The translations under genes and the position numbers were made by a program. Positions 1-10,406 of a stretch of DNA of 64,000 nt are shown here, in pieces. The DNA is from a virus. Lineage: Duplodnaviria; Heunggongvirae; Uroviricota; Caudoviricetes. Within the stretch, counting starts at the first letter, position 1; each line of letters starts with the position of its first letter. The stretch is taken from positions 96,001 through 160,000 of IMG/VR virus record IMGVR_UViG_3300031992_004563; one strand, given 5' to 3'. The notes beneath the pieces were generated by a model. That model was given only the letters and a program-made list of their open reading frames with translations, did no database searches and had not been told where the DNA came from.

Positions 1-234
1 AAAGCTGATAAATGGGAAGATCGCTTTAAAGAAAAAGAAGAACCATATATAAGTTGGAGTGCTGGCAGCGCACCAAGTATAAATGTATTTTCATTAGCAA
101 CAGAACAAGAAATAGAAAATTTCTTTAAAACTATTAAAGAAGATTGGCCAGAACAATATGAATTTTATTTTCTTACAGATTTTAAATATAAACCAAAATA
201 TCTTGAAGAAAGATATGCAAAATATATTAATTGA
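1..234 (+). CDS. hypothetical protein, 5'-truncated by window edge
   Basis: Frame 1 is open from base 1 (KADKWEDRFK...) to TGA at 232-234. Confidence 0.7.
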   Translation, partial: KADKWEDRFKEKEEPYISWSAGSAPSINVFSLATEQEIENFFKTIKEDWPEQYEFYFLTDFKYKPKYLEERYAKYIN

Positions 235-242
235 AAATAATT

Positions 243-596
243 ATGGAAAAGAAAGATTTGTCAAATATTGATTGGGATAAGTTAATTGAAGGCGTTAGTA
301 AATTATATGACCCAGAATACAATACTACAGAATGTAGAGGTTATGATTTTGTATGTACATGTCATGCATGTCCTGAACAATATGATGTTTATAAAGGCGA
401 TTATAAAAATGGAAACCAAGTTGCATATGTTCGAAAACGTTGGGGGCATCTTGCAGTGCATCCAGTAAAATATGGAAAAACTGATTGGGATAAAACTATT
501 TATGAAGAATCCGATAATGATGCATGGAATGGTATGATTGATGATAAAGAATATACATTTAATAAAATTGTAGATGCCATAGAAGCAATTGCATAA
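243..596 (+). CDS. hypothetical protein
   Basis: ORF track 231..596; ATG at 243 preferred (taattATG context); contains CxxCPEQYDV motif. Confidence 0.75.
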   Translation: MEKKDLSNIDWDKLIEGVSKLYDPEYNTTECRGYDFVCTCHACPEQYDVYKGDYKNGNQVAYVRKRWGHLAVHPVKYGKTDWDKTIYEESDNDAWNGMIDDKEYTFNKIVDAIEAIA

Positions 597-614
597 ATTA
601 AATGAACATATTAA

Positions 615-660
615 ATATAAAAAGCATTTAAGGCCTAAAAACTTTAAGTGCTTTTTATAT
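615..660 (+). terminator. intrinsic terminator-like hairpin overlapping a promoter motif
   Basis: atataaaaagcatttaagg...ctttaagtgctttttatat imperfect inverted repeat after the stop at 596. Confidence 0.55.
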
Positions 661-666
661 TATAAT
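639..666 (+). promoter_or_regulatory. putative phage promoter AAACTTT-N15-TATAAT
   Basis: Motif recurs 8 times in intergenic positions with a 14-15 nt spacer. Confidence 0.6.
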
Positions 667-691
667 TATTAAGAAAAAATGATGTTATATT

Positions 692-1390
692 ATGAAGAAC
701 GATTTTTAGAGTTTTGCCACTACAAAGTGTGGAATTAGTGGTGCCACATTAGATAAGTTTAATAATTTAAATAATATAATTTTACCTCAAGCATATATTA
801 ATCCAACTATTCTTGAGGAACGTACATTAAATGTAACTCAAATGGATGTATTCTCTCGCCTTATGGCTGATAGAATTATCTTTTTGGGTACTGAAATTGA
901 TGACACTGTTGCTAATGTTATTATTGCACAGTTGCTTTATCTTAGTTCTCAAGATCCAGAAGCACCTATTACAATGTATTTAAATACACCTGGAGGCTCG
1001 GTATATAGCGGTTTAGCAATTTATGATACAATGCAATATATTCCTAATCCTATTCAAACTGTATGTACTGGATTGGCTGCATCAATGGGTTCAGTTCTTT
1101 TATGTGCAGGTTCAAAAGGAAAACGTTATGCATTGCCTCATAGTCGTGTAATGATTCATCAACCAAGTGGTGGAACAGGATATGCACAAGCATCTGATAT
1201 TGAAATCACTGCAAAAGAAATTAATAAATTGAAAAAAGAATTATATCAAATTATTTCAGATCATACTGGAACACCTGTTAAACAAATTGAAAAAGACGCA
1301 GATAGAGATCATTGGTTGACAGCTGAAGAAGCACTTCAATATGGTTTAATTGATGAAGTTTTTTCATTTGATAAAAAGAATAAGGCTTAA
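692..1390 (+). CDS. clpP: ATP-dependent Clp protease proteolytic subunit (one in-frame TAG=Gln at codon 6)
   Basis: DVFSRL..DRIIFLG, GLAASMGS, RVMIHQP motifs. Upstream in-frame MKNDF*SFATTKCGIS...YINPTILEERTLNVTQ resembles the Bacteroidales ClpP N-terminus. TAG at 707-709. Confidence 0.95.
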
Positions 1391-1392
1391 TT

Positions 1393-2556
1393 ATGACAAA
1401 AGAAGAATTGCAAAATAAATTTAACGAAGCATCATTAACAGCATCATCATTTTTGGATAATAGATCACAAGAAAAATGGTTTAAAGCTGTTTATACTTTG
1501 ATGTTTGGAGAATTTCCACATTCAATTGCTATTATGACAGATGGGAAATATTTAAATCCAAAAACTAAAAATTATGAGTTTGGTGGATATAATACACCAT
1601 ATGATGAATTTGAAGCAAATGATTTAGATGATGATGAAGTTGAAGATGAAGATTTAACAACATTCGAAAATGTTGCAATTCAATCATCATTCATTAAATT
1701 ATATGAAAAATTTAAAGATACTTGTCATATCATAAGAGATGATAAATTACCAATAATTATTGGTGATAAATTTATAATTTTCTATGATTGGTTTGATGAA
1801 GATATGTATGTTTTACAAGACACTGAATTCTTAAAAGATGATATTAAATCATGCATAGTAGATGATAAAACTGATAAGAACATTAGAAAAGTATCATATA
1901 TTACACATGATAGTATGGGATTCAATAAAACAAAAATTCAAGTATCAAATCAAGAAACAAATCTTCAAGAATTATATAATGACGATCTTCCAGATAAAGA
2001 AATATTTGAGTTTTTAAATAGTAATCAATCCGGATTATTATTACTTCATGGTGAATGTGGAACTGGAAAAACTTCATATATTAGAAATATGATGTATCGT
2101 TTAAAGAAACATGAATTTATGGTTCTTGATAATAGTGTATTTGCATATATTACAGATGCATCATTTATTAAATTGTTAATGAGTAATAAAAATTCAGTTA
2201 TTATTCTTGAAGATTGTGAAGAGATGCTTGCTGATAGAGTTGCAGGAAATAGTAGAATATCGGCATTATTAAATCTTAGTGATGGAATTCTTGGTGATAG
2301 TTTTAGATTTAAGTTTATTTGCACATTTAATACAAATGTTAAACAACTTGACCAAGCATTGTTGCGTAAAGGACGAATGAAAATGAAATATGAGTTTAAG
2401 AAATTATGTGCTGAAAAAACATATAATCTTGGTCAAAAACTTGGTAAAAATATTCCACAGGGTGAATCTCATACACTTGCAGATATTTTTAATTATGGTG
2501 TTGAAAATGGAAATAAAAATATGAAAACCACTATTGGTTTTGGATCACAAAAATAA
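1393..2556 (+). CDS. AAA+ ATPase (BCS1-like)
   Basis: Walker A GECGTGKT, Walker B IILEDCE, LLNLSDG, ALLRKGR. Confidence 0.85.
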   Translation: MTKEELQNKFNEASLTASSFLDNRSQEKWFKAVYTLMFGEFPHSIAIMTDGKYLNPKTKNYEFGGYNTPYDEFEANDLDDDEVEDEDLTTFENVAIQSSFIKLYEKFKDTCHIIRDDKLPIIIGDKFIIFYDWFDEDMYVLQDTEFLKDDIKSCIVDDKTDKNIRKVSYITHDSMGFNKTKIQVSNQETNLQELYNDDLPDKEIFEFLNSNQSGLLLLHGECGTGKTSYIRNMMYRLKKHEFMVLDNSVFAYITDASFIKLLMSNKNSVIILEDCEEMLADRVAGNSRISALLNLSDGILGDSFRFKFICTFNTNVKQLDQALLRKGRMKMKYEFKKLCAEKTYNLGQKLGKNIPQGESHTLADIFNYGVENGNKNMKTTIGFGSQK

Positions 2557-2571
2557 AAATTATTATTTAAC

Positions 2572-2832
2572 ATGGAAGAACAATATTATGTAATTTATTT
2601 TGAAGGCTATTAGAATATGCCATATTGCAGAGTTAATTACGATGTTAAAGATAATAAATTAGTTTTAAATGGATATTCATTAATGGCCGATTGGAAAGAT
2701 GCAACTTTAACTAAAAGCAAAGAAGATGCAATTAAAACAATTATGGAAAATAATGATACAAATATTCAAAAAGATAAATTAAAAGTTTTAAGTATTAATA
2801 TTAAAAAGTACATAGTTTATGAAGGAAATTGA
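2572..2832 (+). CDS. hypothetical protein (one TAG read-through)
   Basis: ATG at 2572 gives MEEQYYVIYFEGY*NMPYC in frame with track ORF 2617..2832 and fills the intergenic gap. Confidence 0.65.
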
Positions 2833-3121
2833 AGAAAATTCTAATATACATGGATATATAAAAGGCGATTTTATAATATTGCATAGCGAGAAACAAATAC
2901 ATTATGATCCAGCAACAAATCATAGTACTTATGGACCGCATGAATTTGCAATAAATCCAGAATGTATTAAATGCATGCAATCTTATTCAGAATCAGAACA
3001 TACAATTAAAACTAAAATTTATTTCATACCAGATGATAGCGAAAGCGTATATGAAAGTTTACATGAAATATTAGAATTAATAAATGAATTTAAAGAATTA
3101 AAAAACAAATTTAAAAAATGA
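2819..3121 (+). CDS. hypothetical protein, paralog of the next ORF
   Basis: HGYIKGDFIxLH...NP..I...ESxxEIL shared with 3118..3402. Confidence 0.75.
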   Translation: MKEIEENSNIHGYIKGDFIILHSEKQIHYDPATNHSTYGPHEFAINPECIKCMQSYSESEHTIKTKIYFIPDDSESVYESLHEILELINEFKELKNKFKK

Positions 3122-3402
3122 AACAAATTGAAGATAAAAAATATGATGTTCATGGATATATAAAAGGCGATTTTATAGTATTACACCATATGGATTTTGA
3201 TCATAAAGATGAGAATGGCAATTCTGTTGAAGTTCCAAAATTATGTGTATTTAATCCTAAATATATTGAAAATATTCGGGATGAACATTATTATAGAGGA
3301 ACAGTTATAGAATGTAATCATGAGGGATATAATGATATTTGTGAATCTGTTGAAGAAATTCTAGATTTGTTAGAAGAATTTAAAAATAAAGATAAAAATT
3401 AA
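3118..3402 (+). CDS. hypothetical protein, paralog of the previous ORF
   Basis: Same motifs; identical DNA catggatatataaaaggcgattttata. Confidence 0.75.
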   Translation: MKQIEDKKYDVHGYIKGDFIVLHHMDFDHKDENGNSVEVPKLCVFNPKYIENIRDEHYYRGTVIECNHEGYNDICESVEEILDLLEEFKNKDKN

Positions 3403-3414
3403 ATTAGTATAATT

Positions 3415-3639
3415 ATGAATATAAAATTTATCAAATTGACAAGTTTTACTAAAGAAATTAAAAGCCTTTTAGTAAATATGAATGATATTACTTTTGTAGC
3501 AGATTATGGGGACTACAGAAAAGTAAGTGTAAAAATGAATGATAGAATTCAAGATTTTAAAGTTACTGATTCAATTGATACAATTTATTCAACAATTGAA
3601 GCTTATAAAAATACAGAATTTAAGCCTTTATACGATTAA
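3415..3639 (+). CDS. hypothetical protein, possibly a distant relative of the two preceding ORFs
   Basis: FIKLT...LVN...I...VTDSIDTI pattern; operon packing. Confidence 0.65.
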   Translation: MNIKFIKLTSFTKEIKSLLVNMNDITFVADYGDYRKVSVKMNDRIQDFKVTDSIDTIYSTIEAYKNTEFKPLYD

Positions 3640-4112
3640 TGGACGAAAATAATCAAAATAATCAAACTAATCAACCACAAACAGTTGATGAAATGTTAAC
3701 TGAACAACGTGCTAAATGGACAAAGGAGATTGAGGAACTTAATAATTCAATGTCCTCTTTAGTTAAAGTTGATGAGTTAATGAATACTGTTTATTCAAAA
3801 CGCCAATCAGCCGTTGATTATTATTATGCTATGAATAATGTTATTCTTAAGCAATCAAAGGAATATAAAGCATCTTTTAATAATATGTTCAATAATATTA
3901 AAATCAATGGTTTTAATGGAATGCGTTTTACAAGTGATCAAGGAATTCAACGTCAAGTTGAAGTTGAATTACAAGATAAAAAGGAACTTATTGATTTATT
4001 AGTAAGCCAAAATGCATTTATTAAGGAAACAATTGCCACAATTGATAATATTATATATGCAATTAAGGATAAGATTAAGATTAAAGAAATGTTAAATGGA
4101 ATGAAATTTTAA
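3639..4112 (+). CDS. coiled-coil protein, possibly UvsY-like
   Basis: Helical heptads; C-terminal IKETIATIDNIIYAIKDKI weakly resembles UvsY. Confidence 0.5.
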   Translation: MDENNQNNQTNQPQTVDEMLTEQRAKWTKEIEELNNSMSSLVKVDELMNTVYSKRQSAVDYYYAMNNVILKQSKEYKASFNNMFNNIKINGFNGMRFTSDQGIQRQVEVELQDKKELIDLLVSQNAFIKETIATIDNIIYAIKDKIKIKEMLNGMKF

Positions 4113-4123
4113 ATAACAATTAT

Positions 4124-4861
4124 ATGATAATTAAAGCCCCAAATAGTTTTGAAGGAAATACTGACAAATGGAAAGTATTTTTAGCCGGTCCAATTCAAGG
4201 CGCACCTAAATGGCAAAATGAATTACCAGAGTTAGATAATGTTATATGGATTTCTCCTCGTAGAGATGATGCAGTATTAAATGATGAAACCCATAGACAA
4301 CAAATGGAATGGGAGACTAGGGCATTACGTACTGCTAATATTATTTTATTTTGGATTCCTGAAGAAGTTGAACATGTTGAAGGCCGTGGATATGCACAAA
4401 CTACTAGATTTGAATTAGGTGAAAATCTTGGTAGAGGAAAACGAATCATTATTGGCGCGTATGAAGGATTTCCTGGAAGAGAATATCTTGAATATAAAGC
4501 TAATAAGTATGATAATGTAATTTTTCATGGCACTGTTTATAAAACACTAGATGAATGTGTTAATGCCCTTAAAAATTATATTAGTAGCTGTGAAGAGTGC
4601 CCGTTAACATATCAAAAGTTTAATTCTGATTTTGATGAAGAATATAATTCAATGGTTGAAAAAATAAAACCGGGTAGTGATAGAAGAACATATGATCCAT
4701 TTTATTTTATCGAAAGCGAAGATTGGAAAAAAATTGAAAAATGGAATACGCAGGTAAATCCTTGTGATACTGTATACCATTTTGGAAAATTTGGTTATGA
4801 ATGGCCATTAAATTATTTAACAGGAAAAATAAAAAGATATTATTCAAGAGAACTAAAATGA
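4124..4861 (+). CDS. nucleoside 2-deoxyribosyltransferase-like protein with a C-terminal phosphoesterase remnant
   Basis: VFLAGPI...WQ, QMEWE..AL..A..ILFW, TTRFELGE; tail WNTQVNPCDTVYHFG. Confidence 0.7.
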   Translation: MIIKAPNSFEGNTDKWKVFLAGPIQGAPKWQNELPELDNVIWISPRRDDAVLNDETHRQQMEWETRALRTANIILFWIPEEVEHVEGRGYAQTTRFELGENLGRGKRIIIGAYEGFPGREYLEYKANKYDNVIFHGTVYKTLDECVNALKNYISSCEECPLTYQKFNSDFDEEYNSMVEKIKPGSDRRTYDPFYFIESEDWKKIEKWNTQVNPCDTVYHFGKFGYEWPLNYLTGKIKRYYSRELK

Positions 4862-5217
4862 TTATTTATAAGATTTTTTATAAAGAATATCAAGTATTTG
4901 ATATTTCACTTACACTTAGTTATTGTGATGCTGGTGATTTATATTGTTCTGAAATTCATAGTTATATTGTTCCAGAAGGATTTGCACATTATGTATTTGA
5001 TAAAGTGAAAACTAAAGAAGAATTAAATAAAGTAATTTTTAGATTTGGTGAAATTGATGATTTAAGATTAGTTTTATGGGAATCATTAGATTGGAATAAT
5101 AAACCAATGCATCTTAAAGAAGCTGAAGAAAGAGAAACAAAAATATTTAGACCATTTTTTGAAACAGAAATGAAAAGATTTTGTGAAGAATTTGGTTTGG
5201 GAATGGTTACAGATTAA
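4858..5217 (+). CDS. hypothetical protein
   Basis: Track ORF 4801..5217; ATG at 4858 overlaps the upstream stop (ATGA). Confidence 0.7.
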   Translation: MIIYKIFYKEYQVFDISLTLSYCDAGDLYCSEIHSYIVPEGFAHYVFDKVKTKEELNKVIFRFGEIDDLRLVLWESLDWNNKPMHLKEAEERETKIFRPFFETEMKRFCEEFGLGMVTD

Positions 5218-5218
5218 T

Positions 5219-5247
5219 AATGGTTGAGAAAATTCTCAACCATTTTT
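5219..5247. terminator. bidirectional intrinsic terminator
   Basis: aatggttgagaa-aa-ttctcaaccatt followed by T-run, between convergent genes. Confidence 0.8.
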
Positions 5248-6437
5248 TAATTATATACCGGGCGAATTGATATTCCTTCTTTTCTTTTTTGATGATGTCC
5301 AAAATGTGGTTTATATACATCATGTTTATCAAACCAAAGACTATGTGCCTCATTAATTGATTCTTCACTTATAGTTGATGTCCAATAAACACCGTGTTCA
5401 CCAGATTTTTTAAGCTCAGTTGTATACCAACCTGCTGCAGGCAAAAATATATAATTTTCATTAACAAGACTTTTTAATAACATTCCATTTAATCCTTCAT
5501 ATCCTAAATAATTAGTCTTCCATTCATGACTAGTATTATCTATTAATTCTTCTACCTATTCTTTTGTTGGAATATGAAATTTAAATTCTCCAATATGCAA
5601 TTTCTAATATGCAGCATCATCTTCTGGCAATAACTATGTTAAATTATCTTGATATGTGTATTTTATCATATTATACATATTATTATAATAAACTGATGGT
5701 TTTGCATATTTATATGTTTTATCAGTGTACTCATCTTTTAATCCATCTAATTCACCCCACGCATATTTGTCACCAAGCCAATCTGCTTTACAATCACAGT
5801 ATTTATGTTTATATCTATCATAATCAAATCTTTTATCACACCCTAAATTAAATTTACACCACCATGTTTTAGATGGAAGACCTAAATCAACAAAATATTT
5901 TTCTAACTAAAGTCTATTTCCTATAGCATCATTACTATCAATAATATCTTTTAATGATGTAGTATCAATTTTCTCATTATCTTCTAAATCATCTAATGCC
6001 AATGCAAGATTATGCATTTTTTCTATTAATGGCTTTTGATAATATTCAATATCATGCTTCTATATATAATATTCTATATCAGAATCATCATCTATTTGAA
6101 TTGGATTAAAATCGCATTTAATGTGTTCAATATAAATATTTTCATCTACAAATATATTGAATAAATCGTCTTCTCTAATAGAACCTTTATAGAATAAAAC
6201 AAAATCAATATCTGAATTTTTTCTTGGATTGCCAAAAACCCTGGAGCCATGCGCATATATACAAAGATAATCTATTTCATTTTCCCCAGTGTAATTGGTA
6301 TTAATTATCTAATTATCTTCTAAAACTTCATAGACATTATATTGTGCAACTTCCTCAAGTTCTGCACAAGAATGATAATCTAAGAATCCTTGAACTTCCT
6401 AATTTTTATGTATTTTATGATAACACTCTATAAACAT
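5247..6437 (-). CDS. Pol-beta-like nucleotidyltransferase + internal LALDD module + DUF1566/Fib_succ-like lectin-fold domain (396 aa, 7 TAG)
   Basis: Code-15 translation: HGSRVFGNPRKNSDIDFVLFYKGSIREDDLFN...DFNPI; LIEKMHNLALALDDLED...DIID; VDLGLPSKTWW..NLG, YAWGE, DDAAY, FLPAAG, YWTS, GISIRPV. Confidence 0.8.
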
Positions 6438-6439
6438 AA

Positions 6440-7225
6440 TTATTTTAATCCATTTACAGTTTGATTTATAATCATTTTCTTTAACCAACTTGGAATATTT
6501 TTTAATTCCATTTTAGATCTTGAAAACATTGCAGTAACTTTACAATTTTGGTGTATATGCCAATGCCAATTATTTATATTCTAATTAAATTTAGATGCCA
6601 TGAACATTAATTGCATATTATCTACATTAGAAACATTCCAATTTTTAATAGAATCATTATTAAATTTAGAATTGCTAAACATAGAATTCATATTTTTTAC
6701 ATTTAAAATATTCCATTTACTAAGATCACCATTAAAATTGCTGCCAGCAAATAACCCATCCATGTTAATTACATTACTAACGTTCCATTCAGAAACATCT
6801 ACATTACCAGGGAAATTTGCAAGTAAATATGACATATTTGTAACTTTTGATGTATCTATCCAATTTAAATCTATGTTTTTATATTTGTCAACTAAACCAA
6901 AAATAATATTTGGCACCGCTTTTCTAAACTAAAAATCCCCAATATCTCCTGGTAATGCAAGTTTAACTTTTATATGAAGTTTATTAACGGCATCTACAAA
7001 TTTAAAATAATTTTCATATGTTATACATTCAGCTAATGATTTTTCGCATGTTTTAATTATAGCTGGAAGATATTTTTTATATATCATTTTACATCTAATA
7101 ATATCTTCAACATCTATTATATCACTTGATGCTGTATAATTATTATCTTCAATATTTTCAAAATCGTCAAGTGCTAACTAGATACCTCTATTGACGGCTT
7201 CTAATATTTGTTTATAATTCTTCAT
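6440..7225 (-). CDS. leader module + DUF285/BspA-like repeat protein (261 aa, TAG-recoded)
   Basis: MKNYKQILEAVNRGI*LALDDFEN; LNWIDTSKVTNMSYL, WNVSNV..M..LF repeats; includes track ORF 6581..6916. Confidence 0.85.
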
Positions 7226-7995
7226 AATTTCTTTAAATTTATTACTGGACGAATTGGCATACCACAATATCGAGCCTAAGATGACATGCTACATTCAAAA
7301 TCTAAATGCCAAGCACAATTATGATCCCATCTATAAACAGTTGAAGACCAAATATAAGGGCCATCAAGATGTAAAGTAGAACTCTTTGCTCTCTTTATAC
7401 AAGTATAAGGAATAAATAATTCATTTCCATTTGTTCCTTTAAATATTCTTCCATTTAATCTTCTGAGTCCTTGATAGTTTTTTTCTGGATAACTAATGCA
7501 ATACTATATTAATTCTTCAAACTATTCTTTTGTAGGTATATGAAATTTATAATTTCTAATATGCATATTCTAATAAGCAACATCATCTTCTGGCAATAAC
7601 TACGTTAAATTATCATCATCATTATATTTTATATCTATATCAGCTTTAATAGAATTCGTTTTAATATAACCAAATTTATATGTATCATTTATAAAACAAG
7701 ATTTATTTGGCTCTAATTCACCCCATGCATAATAATCACCAATCCAATTTTCTAGATGATCTGGATTATTTAAATATTTAGGATTTACGCCGAGATTATA
7801 CTTACACCATAAAGTTCCAGAAGGTAAACCCAAATCAACAACATATTTAGATAATTCTATTCTTTGTTTAATAATGTCACTGGTATTAATGACATCACTT
7901 GATATAGAACTATTATCTTCAATATTTTCAAAATCGTCAAGTGCTAACTAGATACCTTTATTGACTGCCTCTAATATTTGTTTGCTTAATTTCAT
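7222..7995 (-). CDS. leader module + DUF1566/Fib_succ-like domain (257 aa, TAG-recoded)
   Basis: MKLSKQILEAVNKGI*LALDD; VDLGLPSGTLWCKYNLG, YYAWGE, PTKE*FEEL, WSS, GMPIRPV; TGA overlaps the next ATG. Confidence 0.85.
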
Positions 7996-9656
7996 TTTTT
8001 AATAAATTTTGGTTTATACTATCTTTTCATAAAGTTTCTTCCGCCAAACATTGCTGTATGATTTGCTCCTGGTTTTGTTTTCCATTTACTAATATTTTGG
8101 CAGAATGATTGAGCATCATAAAACATTTTAGTAAAGCCACTAACATTTGAAACATCCCATTTATCTAGAGGCTAATTAAAATCTTTATTCTTTTCAAACA
8201 TAAATGTCATTGATTCTACTTTAGAAACATTCCAATTATTTAATGGCTAATTAAATGGACATCTTGCAAACATTTCTGCCATATGCGTAACATTTTTAAC
8301 ATCCCAATTTGAAATATCTTGATTAAATGCTGAATCTTTAAACATGCATGACATATTTGTTACTTTAGAAGTGTTCCATTTTGAAATATCACAATTGAAT
8401 CTACTTGCATTAGCAAACATATATTCCATTCTTGTAACATTAGATGTATCCCATTCTGAAATATCAGCATTGAAAAAAGAATTTTGAACTAAATAACTCA
8501 TATCAGTTATGTTAGAAACATCTAACCAATTTAAATTTTCTGTGCTAAGTTCAAATAATCTTGTAACATTATGAATAATTCTTTTTAATTCGTCTCTATC
8601 TTTAACTGGATATTTCTTACCAAGTTTTAACATTAAATTTCTAAATTCAATGTATTCATGACGAGTCATTAATCTTATATTTTCATCTAAATGTCCAGAT
8701 GCATAAACTCTATCATCTTCTAAATCAATTAAAGAATTTGTTCTTACAAGAAATAATTCAGCAATAGTTGATTTAAATAATGGATATAATTTATCAAGTT
8801 TAATTCTATCTGCAATTGCATCTGGTGAATCAATAATATCAGTTTTATGATTTGACTATTGCACATTATCATTAAAATCAAAATCATCTATAGATAAATT
8901 TAAATGATTCGATTCAACTAATTGATAATTTGATTTAAATTTTGGTTTATGCTCATTTTTTATTGGGCATCCATCAAATACATGCATACATTGTGTATCA
9001 CTTTCAATATGCGCCAAATCCCAATTAGAAATATCCTAATCAAAACATTTAGCATTAACAAACATATTAGTTATGTCTGTAACATTTGAAACATCCCATT
9101 TAGAAATATCTTGATTAAATTCCCATGCATTTTCAAATGTTCTATTCATATGTTTTACTTTAGATACATTCCATTCTGATATATCACCATTAAAATTTGA
9201 TTCACCAAACATATAATTCATATTTGTAACATTGCCAACATCCCATGCACTAATATCACCATTAAAAACTGTATGATGAAATAACCATGACATATCAGTT
9301 ATATCAGAAACATCAAAGAAATTTAAATTTGCATCTGATATAAAATGCGAAATATTACGAATAGCTGTAATTAAACTAGCTTTTTGAGTGAATTTATATT
9401 TAATATTAAATTTTAAAGATGTATCTTTAAATTCATTGAATTCCTCAACTGACATAAATATTGGAATTCCTGGATCATATATATTCTATGCAATGAAGCA
9501 CTTAAATTTATTTAAAAGTACTTTATATCTAATAATATCATCTGTGTCAATAATATCTAATTTATTAGATGATTTATTATCAATATCTTCAAAATCATCT
9601 AATGCCAACTAAATACCTCTATGTACAGCTTCTAATATTTTATTATAATGTTTCAT
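7992..9656 (-). CDS. tandem [module + DUF285 repeats] x2 protein (554 aa, TAG-recoded)
   Basis: Joins track ORFs 9036..9455 and 8247..8669 in one frame with only TAG interruptions; internal second module LVESNHLNLSIDDFD...DIIDS. Confidence 0.85.
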
Positions 9657-9659
9657 AAT

Positions 9660-10406
9660 TTATTTACATTTAACTGGTCTAATACTACATCCAATATATT
9701 TTCTTTCATCCATTATATATGGTTGACCATTGTTATATCCAAAAATATCTGCAAAAAAGAAACAATCTGCCAGCCAGCTTTTATCTTTATTTGAATTTGA
9801 TGACCAGTAAAATCCTTGAATAGTATCATACCACCCTTTAAATTGTCCAGTTGCATATCCAGCCGCTGGAAAAAATATTTTATTTCCATTTTTGCCTTTA
9901 AAAATTCTGCCTTTTAATCCAACTATGCCATTATAATCTTTTACCCAATAATTTTCAGTATTATATTTTAGTTCATCTAATTGTTCTGTTGTTGGTGTAC
10001 ACATATGAAATGTTTTATTAAGTGTACGTATAGTTTGGTATGCAGCATCATTATTTAAAGTAAACTAATGTTCTTCATTATCATGATCTTTATAATTATC
10101 ATAATCATAGTTATCCTTAATTTTAGTTTCACCCCATGCATAATAATTTCCATACCAATCTTCTGGTGTATCTAATTTGTTATAATTAACACCTAAATTA
10201 TATTTGTACCATAATGTTCCAGATGGTAATGCTAAATCAACGAAATTTAATTCCATCATAAATGTTTTCGTTAAATCATCATTATCATTTTCAATGACAT
10301 CACTTGATTGAGATATAGAACTATTATTTTCTATGTCTTCAAAATCATCTAGAGCCAATTTAATGCCTCTATTAACAGCTTCTAATATTTGTTTGTTTAA
10401 TTTCAT
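9660..10406 (-). CDS. leader module + DUF1566/Fib_succ-like domain (248 aa, one TAG)
   Basis: Track ORFs 10065..10406 and 9660..10004 are in frame across one TAG; VDLALPSGTLW, FFPAAG, YWSS, SIRPV. Confidence 0.85.

Noticed and set aside
5609-5851. Plus-strand ORFs 5609..5851, 6600..6932 and 9388..9612, and minus ORFs 25211..25426 and 45416..45604
   Set aside because: They are antisense or off-frame to well-supported recoded genes.
6540-9300. Periodic repeats resembling a CRISPR array
   Set aside because: They are degenerate protein-coding DUF285 repeats, with no identical direct repeats separated by unique spacers.
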